Below are positions 59,276 to 64,000 of a stretch of DNA of 64,000 nt, piece after piece. Where the stretch lies: contig DASWTZ010000004.1 of the NCBI GenBank assembly GCA_036401875.1, forward strand, positions 355 to 64,354, given 5' to 3'. This DNA comes from Gallionella sp. Lineage in GTDB: Bacteria; Pseudomonadota; Gammaproteobacteria; Burkholderiales; Gallionellaceae. Under the pieces are notes generated by a model, which searched no databases, had not been told where the DNA came from, and saw only the letters and a program-made list of their open reading frames with translations. How positions within the stretch are numbered: position 1 is the stretch's first letter; every line of letters starts with the position of its first letter. The position numbers and the translations under genes are program-made.

Positions 59276-61654
59276 ATGAGAGAGCTATTCCTTGCCACCT
59301 TCGACGGCGTTGCATACGGCATTTGGAAGGACGAGATCCGGTCGGTCAGGGAGATGGCCGCGCTGCACCGCATCCCGCTGACCCCGGACTGCATCGCAGG
59401 GATCATGATCGAGGATGGCCGCTCAGTGACGCTCGCGGACCTGCCCGTCTGCATCGGCTACGACGCCACCCGCATGACCGCTCCGGGCTGCATCCTGCTC
59501 AAACAGGACGCGGACCGCACCGTGGGCTTCGTGGTCAGCGGCGAGTTGCGCACGCTGGCCGTCGCACCCGAAATGATGTTCCCGCTGCCCGCCTATCTAC
59601 GCACGGCGGTGTTCGATTCCTGCGCGGTCCACGACGGCGTGCCTATCCCACTGGTCAACCTCGCCGAGCTGCATGATCGCGTGCTCGATCGCGGCGGCGA
59701 GCCTGCGGAGGCTGCGCTGCTCCCCGCCGCCCCGCAGGCCGACGCGCCGGAGCGCGTCCGCCTCATCTCGTGCGGCGGCGAGCGCTATGCCGTCTCCTCT
59801 CATGGCGTCGAAGACAGCGCGATGGCCCCCGGCGCGATCACGCCGCTGCCGGGCACGCCCGGATACGTCAGGGGCGTGGCATTCCACAACGGGCGACTGC
59901 TGACCGTCATCGACCTGTCGCAGCGCTTGCTGCGCCGCCGCGCGCCGGATGCATCTAGGATGCTGGTCGCAAGGTTGGGCGACGGCGTGTTCGGTTTCCT
60001 GATCGACGGCGATGGGGGCAGCGTTCCGGCCGGCGAGGACTCACTCAGGCCCGTGCCCGCCATCGTCCAGACCCCGTGGCTGAAGCGGGTGTTGCTGCGC
60101 GGCGATGGCCCGGTCCCACTGATCGACCTGGCGATGGCGCTGGCGCCGCGCGCCGGTATGCCGCCGGCCTGGCAGCGCTATGCGCCCGACTCCGCGTTCC
60201 CCGTACATTTTTTCAGGGAGGCGGTCGATGTGACGGCGATCACGATCCTGGGCGAGCAGTACGCGCTGCCGAGCTCCGAGGTGGAGGACGTGATCCCCTG
60301 CCAGCCCTGGCGCGCCGTACCCGCGCCCGACATCGTCGCCGGGATCACCGCGCACGGCGGCGAGGTGCTGCCGGTGGTGGACCTGGCGAGGATATTCGGC
60401 AGGCGCTCGCTCGCCACCGGGGCATGGCGCATGCTGCTGGTGAGCAACGGAGACTTTCGCGCGCTGGTCGTCACCGAGACCGTGGCCGGGGAGAAACGCC
60501 TGCCGCCCGATGTCCACCGCGCGATGCCTGTCCACCTGCCGCACGGGTTGATGTACGGCTGTTATCCCGACGGCATCGCCGCGCGGGTGATCCTGAACGT
60601 CGCAGCCATCGCGGTGCATTTCGACCGGGCGCTGATACAGCAATTCATGCCCACGCTCTCCGAGCAGATGAAGGCGTCGCCCACCGGGACGGTCCATACG
60701 TTCGCGGACGAGGAGGATGTCGCGCCGACTTCGCAGCAGGCTACCCCTGCACCTGTCGTTGCTGCCGAAACCGGCGCGGCGCAAACCGGGACCGGCGCAA
60801 CGCAAGCCGGACCAACACAAGCAGAGCCGCCGACTGCGGGCCGCGGGCCGCTGCTTGTCGTAGCGGAAAGCGAGCACGCCGCAGCTCACGCACCGGACAT
60901 CGCTAAAACCCGAAAGCAAGCGATTGAGCATCCTACCGAAACGCAGCAGGCTTTTCCCGCCGGACGGTCCCATGGCGAAGTCCACCGGATTGCAGAGGCG
61001 GCCAACGCACCGTCATACATCCCGCCACACGAGCCCGCAGTCCAACCCGCAACGCACGAGACGGCCGCAGCGGCCGCGACTTCCGCCGCCGAGGAACGCA
61101 TGCCGGAGCCCGTCGACGTCGGCGCCGGACGCGAGACCCACGCGCAGCCCCATCGCGAGGAGCACATGCAGGCCGCACATGACGACGCGCGCATCGGCGG
61201 AGGCTCGCTGCGCTACGGCCTTGCCGCGTTCGCCGCGCTGCTTGCCACCGCACTGCTTTATTTTGAGATGCCTGCCGGACAGCCGAATGAGCAGCGCGCC
61301 GACCCTGCCGCACCAGTCCGGGCAGTGTCGGAACGGAAAGCGTCTGGTCCTGTGGCGTCAGCACCACCTTTGGCGACAACTCCGGGCAGCGCCGAACCCA
61401 TTTCGACCCGGACCCCGATCGTGCCGCCGCGTGCCGCCGAAATTCCTGCCGGGCCGCTGGTACTCGAAGTGCCCGCGAACGTGCCGATCGAGGCCGAGCT
61501 GTATGTGGTGAAACGGGGCGACACGCTGTGGAGCATCGCGCAGCGCCTGACGGGGAACCCGTACAACTATCCGCGCATCGCCGGCAGCAACGCGATCGCG
61601 AACCCGGACCTGATCTTTCCCGGACAGCAGATCCGCTTGGTCAAGCGCGACTGA
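59276..61654 (+). CDS. Triple CheW-like domain, membrane-anchored, C-terminal LysM protein
   Basis: Three CheW-like units (IPLTPDCIAGIM..LADL; LPGTPGYVRGV..VIDL; VPAPDIVAGI..GEVLPVVDL), an Ala/Pro/Glu linker, one TM (YGLAAFAALLATALLYF) and LysM YVVKRGDTLWSIA...NPDLIFPGQ. The upstream part of the listed 58076 ORF is antisense to the kinase gene and is not considered real. Confidence 0.82.
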   Translation: MRELFLATFDGVAYGIWKDEIRSVREMAALHRIPLTPDCIAGIMIEDGRSVTLADLPVCIGYDATRMTAPGCILLKQDADRTVGFVVSGELRTLAVAPEMMFPLPAYLRTAVFDSCAVHDGVPIPLVNLAELHDRVLDRGGEPAEAALLPAAPQADAPERVRLISCGGERYAVSSHGVEDSAMAPGAITPLPGTPGYVRGVAFHNGRLLTVIDLSQRLLRRRAPDASRMLVARLGDGVFGFLIDGDGGSVPAGEDSLRPVPAIVQTPWLKRVLLRGDGPVPLIDLAMALAPRAGMPPAWQRYAPDSAFPVHFFREAVDVTAITILGEQYALPSSEVEDVIPCQPWRAVPAPDIVAGITAHGGEVLPVVDLARIFGRRSLATGAWRMLLVSNGDFRALVVTETVAGEKRLPPDVHRAMPVHLPHGLMYGCYPDGIAARVILNVAAIAVHFDRALIQQFMPTLSEQMKASPTGTVHTFADEEDVAPTSQQATPAPVVAAETGAAQTGTGATQAGPTQAEPPTAGRGPLLVVAESEHAAAHAPDIAKTRKQAIEHPTETQQAFPAGRSHGEVHRIAEAANAPSYIPPHEPAVQPATHETAAAAATSAAEERMPEPVDVGAGRETHAQPHREEHMQAAHDDARIGGGSLRYGLAAFAALLATALLYFEMPAGQPNEQRADPAAPVRAVSERKASGPVASAPPLATTPGSAEPISTRTPIVPPRAAEIPAGPLVLEVPANVPIEAELYVVKRGDTLWSIAQRLTGNPYNYPRIAGSNAIANPDLIFPGQQIRLVKRD

Positions 61655-61687
61655 GCGGTCTAATTGCGAGCGCGGATTTCCACGTCG

Positions 61688-63778
61688 CTACACGTGCAAG
61701 TAGTCGTGCCGGCTGGCCATCCAGCGCTGCAGGTGGGCGCGGGCGGCATCCGGGAAGTCGCGCAGCAGCCGGTCTGCCACGTGCCGCGCCTGTTCCAGCA
61801 GTTCCTCGTCCCCGCTGATGTCGGCAAAGCGCAGCATCGCAACGCCGCTCTGGCGCGCGCCAAGCAGCTCGCCCGGGCCGCGCAGATGCAGGTCCTGCTG
61901 TGCGATGACGAAGCCGTCGGTGTTCTCGTAGATGACCTTCAGCCGCTCGCGCGCCAGCTCGGACAGCGGCTGGCTGTAGAGCAGCACACACAGGCTCTCG
62001 GCCGCGCCGCGCCCAACCCGGCCGCGCAGCTGGTGCAGCTGCGCCAGCCCCATGCGCTCTGCGTGGTCGATCACCATCATGCTGGCGTTCGGCACGTCCA
62101 CGCCGACCTCGATGACCGTGGTGGCGACCAGCAGTTGCAGCTCGCCCGCCTTGAACGCGGCCATCACCGCCGCCTTCTCCGCCGGCGGCAGTCTGCCGTG
62201 CACCAGCCCGACGCGCAGATCCGGGAATATCTCGCTGAGCGACTGATAGGTCTCCAGCGCGGTCTGGAGTTGCAGTTTCTCTGACTCATCGATCAGCGGA
62301 CAGACCCAGTAGGCCTGCCTCCCTTCGAGGCAGGCGGCACGCACCCGCTCGAACACCTCGTCGCGGCGCGCGTCGCTGACCAGCTTGGTGACCACCGGTG
62401 TGCGCCCCGGCGGCAGTTCGTCGATCACCGACACGTCGAGGTCGGCGTAGTAGCTCATCGCTAGCGTGCGCGGGATAGGCGTCGCGCTCATCATCAGCTG
62501 GTGGGGTTCCTGGAAATTGGATGGCTCATCATCATGTTGTGGTTCGACAGGATCACCGCGAAGGGATTGAGTAGACTTGCCCTTGTTCCTGAGCTCCAGC
62601 CGCTGCTGCACGCCGAACTTGTGCTGCTCGTCGACGATCGCGAGGCCCAGTTTCAGGAACTCGACCGATTCCTGGAACAGCGCGTGGGTGCCAATAGCGA
62701 GCTGCGTCTCGCCGCTGGCGATCCGGTCAGCGGCGAGCTGCTTGTCCTTCTTCTTCAAGCTGCCTGACAGCCACACCGGCGCGATGCCCAGCGGTTCCAG
62801 CCAGTCGCGCAGCTTGAGGTAGTGCTGCTCAGCGAGGATCTCGGTCGGCGCCATCAGCGCGACCTGATAGCCGTTCTCGATCGCCTGCAATGCCGCCAGC
62901 GCCGCGACGATGGTCTTACCGCTGCCGACATCGCCGAGCAGCAGGCGCTGCATCGGATGCGGCCGGGCGAGGTCATGGCTGATCTCGGCGACGGTGCGCT
63001 GCTGCGCGCCGGTCAGCGCGAAAGGCAGCTTTTCTGCCAGCTGCGCAGTCAGCCTGCCGTGTGCCGTGAGGCTGGGGGCGGCGCGCTTGTTGCGCTCGCG
63101 GTGATGCACGCGCATCGATAGTTGCTGGGCCAGCAACTCGTCGAACTTGATGCGCTGCCAAGCCGGGTGGCTGCGGTCTTCGAGTTTGCTTGCGGAAATG
63201 TCGGGCGTGGGGTTGTGCAGCAGCCTGAGGCTGCCGGCAAAGCTCGCCAGTTTGAGTTCATGCAACATCGCCCCGGGCAGCGTGTCGTCCAGCGGCAAGG
63301 TTTCCAGCGCATTCTCGATCAGCTTGCGCAATGCCGCCTGCCCCAGCCCAGCCGTGGTCGGATACACCGGCGTCAGGCTCTGCTGCAGCGGGGTGTCGTC
63401 GTCCACCGCGCGGCATTTCGGGTGGACCATCTCCAGACCGTAATAGCCCATGCGCACCTCGCCGACCGCACGTATCCGGCTGCCGACTGCGAGCTGCTTC
63501 TGCTGACTGGGATAGAAGTTCAGGAAGCGCAGGTACAACTCGCCGCCGTCGCCTTCCAAGCGGCAAACCAACGTGCGGCGCGGACGGAAGGCGACTTCGC
63601 TGTGGGCGACGACTCCCTGCACCTGCACCGTCTCGCCCGGCTGCAGCGTGGCGATCGGCGCGAGGCTGGTCTCGTCCTCGTAGCGCAGCGGCAGATGCAG
63701 CAGCAGATCGGCACGGTGGTGGATGCCGAGTTTGGCGAGCTTCGCCAGCGTCGCGGGCGAAATTTTTGCAGGCGGCAC
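61688..63778 (-). CDS. recG: ATP-dependent DNA helicase RecG
   Basis: GDVGSGKT, DEQHKFGV, SATPIPRTL, QLRGRVGRG and RGPGE motifs. Confidence 0.96.
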   Translation of the reverse strand: MPPAKISPATLAKLAKLGIHHRADLLLHLPLRYEDETSLAPIATLQPGETVQVQGVVAHSEVAFRPRRTLVCRLEGDGGELYLRFLNFYPSQQKQLAVGSRIRAVGEVRMGYYGLEMVHPKCRAVDDDTPLQQSLTPVYPTTAGLGQAALRKLIENALETLPLDDTLPGAMLHELKLASFAGSLRLLHNPTPDISASKLEDRSHPAWQRIKFDELLAQQLSMRVHHRERNKRAAPSLTAHGRLTAQLAEKLPFALTGAQQRTVAEISHDLARPHPMQRLLLGDVGSGKTIVAALAALQAIENGYQVALMAPTEILAEQHYLKLRDWLEPLGIAPVWLSGSLKKKDKQLAADRIASGETQLAIGTHALFQESVEFLKLGLAIVDEQHKFGVQQRLELRNKGKSTQSLRGDPVEPQHDDEPSNFQEPHQLMMSATPIPRTLAMSYYADLDVSVIDELPPGRTPVVTKLVSDARRDEVFERVRAACLEGRQAYWVCPLIDESEKLQLQTALETYQSLSEIFPDLRVGLVHGRLPPAEKAAVMAAFKAGELQLLVATTVIEVGVDVPNASMMVIDHAERMGLAQLHQLRGRVGRGAAESLCVLLYSQPLSELARERLKVIYENTDGFVIAQQDLHLRGPGELLGARQSGVAMLRFADISGDEELLEQARHVADRLLRDFPDAARAHLQRWMASRHDYLHV

Positions 63779-63790
63779 TGCCGAGGCGTC

Positions 63791-64000
63791 TTAGTACTGC
63801 ACCACCAGCACGCCGTCCATCTCGACCAGCGCGCCGCGCGGCAGCGCCGCGACGCCGACCGCGGCACGCGCCGGGTAGGGAGGGCGGAAGTAAGTCGCCA
63901 TGATCTCGTTGACCTTGGCGAAATGAGCAAGATCGGTGAGGTATACGTTCAGTTTCATCAGGTCGTCGAAGCTGCTGTCGGCTGCGCTGGCGACCGCGCG
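63791..64000 (-). CDS. ridA: RidA (YjgF/YER057c/UK114) family protein, 3' part only
   Basis: [48 protein letters not shown]. Runs off the window end. Confidence 0.88.
   Translation of the reverse strand, partial: RAVASAADSSFDDLMKLNVYLTDLAHFAKVNEIMATYFRPPYPARAAVGVAALPRGALVEMDGVLVVQY

Overview
High-GC betaproteobacterial chromosome segment. Gene content and order suggest Gallionellaceae/Nitrosomonadales, but this is inference. The first 23 kb is mostly core housekeeping (rng-maf-rlmH-rsfS-nadD, aceEF, ilvA, apaG-mltA, dsbC, ubiH-like, dusB-fis-purH-purD-tsaC-hemF, grxD). About 23.0-41.3 kb is an ion/osmotic-homeostasis island. It opens with an unannotated, frameshifted nhaD 3' remnant and carries a USP, three cation:proton antiporters, a Na/Pi cotransporter, MscS, a P-type ATPase and a Na/Ca exchanger. 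It also holds a glucosylglycerate cluster with both GpgS-like and Ggs-like synthases and a phosphatase-glycerate kinase fusion. Further on are an AT-rich lipoprotein gene bracketed by inverted repeats, ubiA, dbpA followed by an atcJABC-like J-domain operon, a B12 radical SAM gene and pilU. Next come a LuxR solo with a lux-box promoter pointing at a large repeat lipoprotein, norCB, an LRR-kinase, a 3xCheW-TM-LysM protein, recG with an in-frame REP-like insertion, and the 3' end of ridA. No rRNA, tRNA, CRISPR array, integrase or transposase was seen. All functional calls come from motif recognition by eye; no database searches were run.
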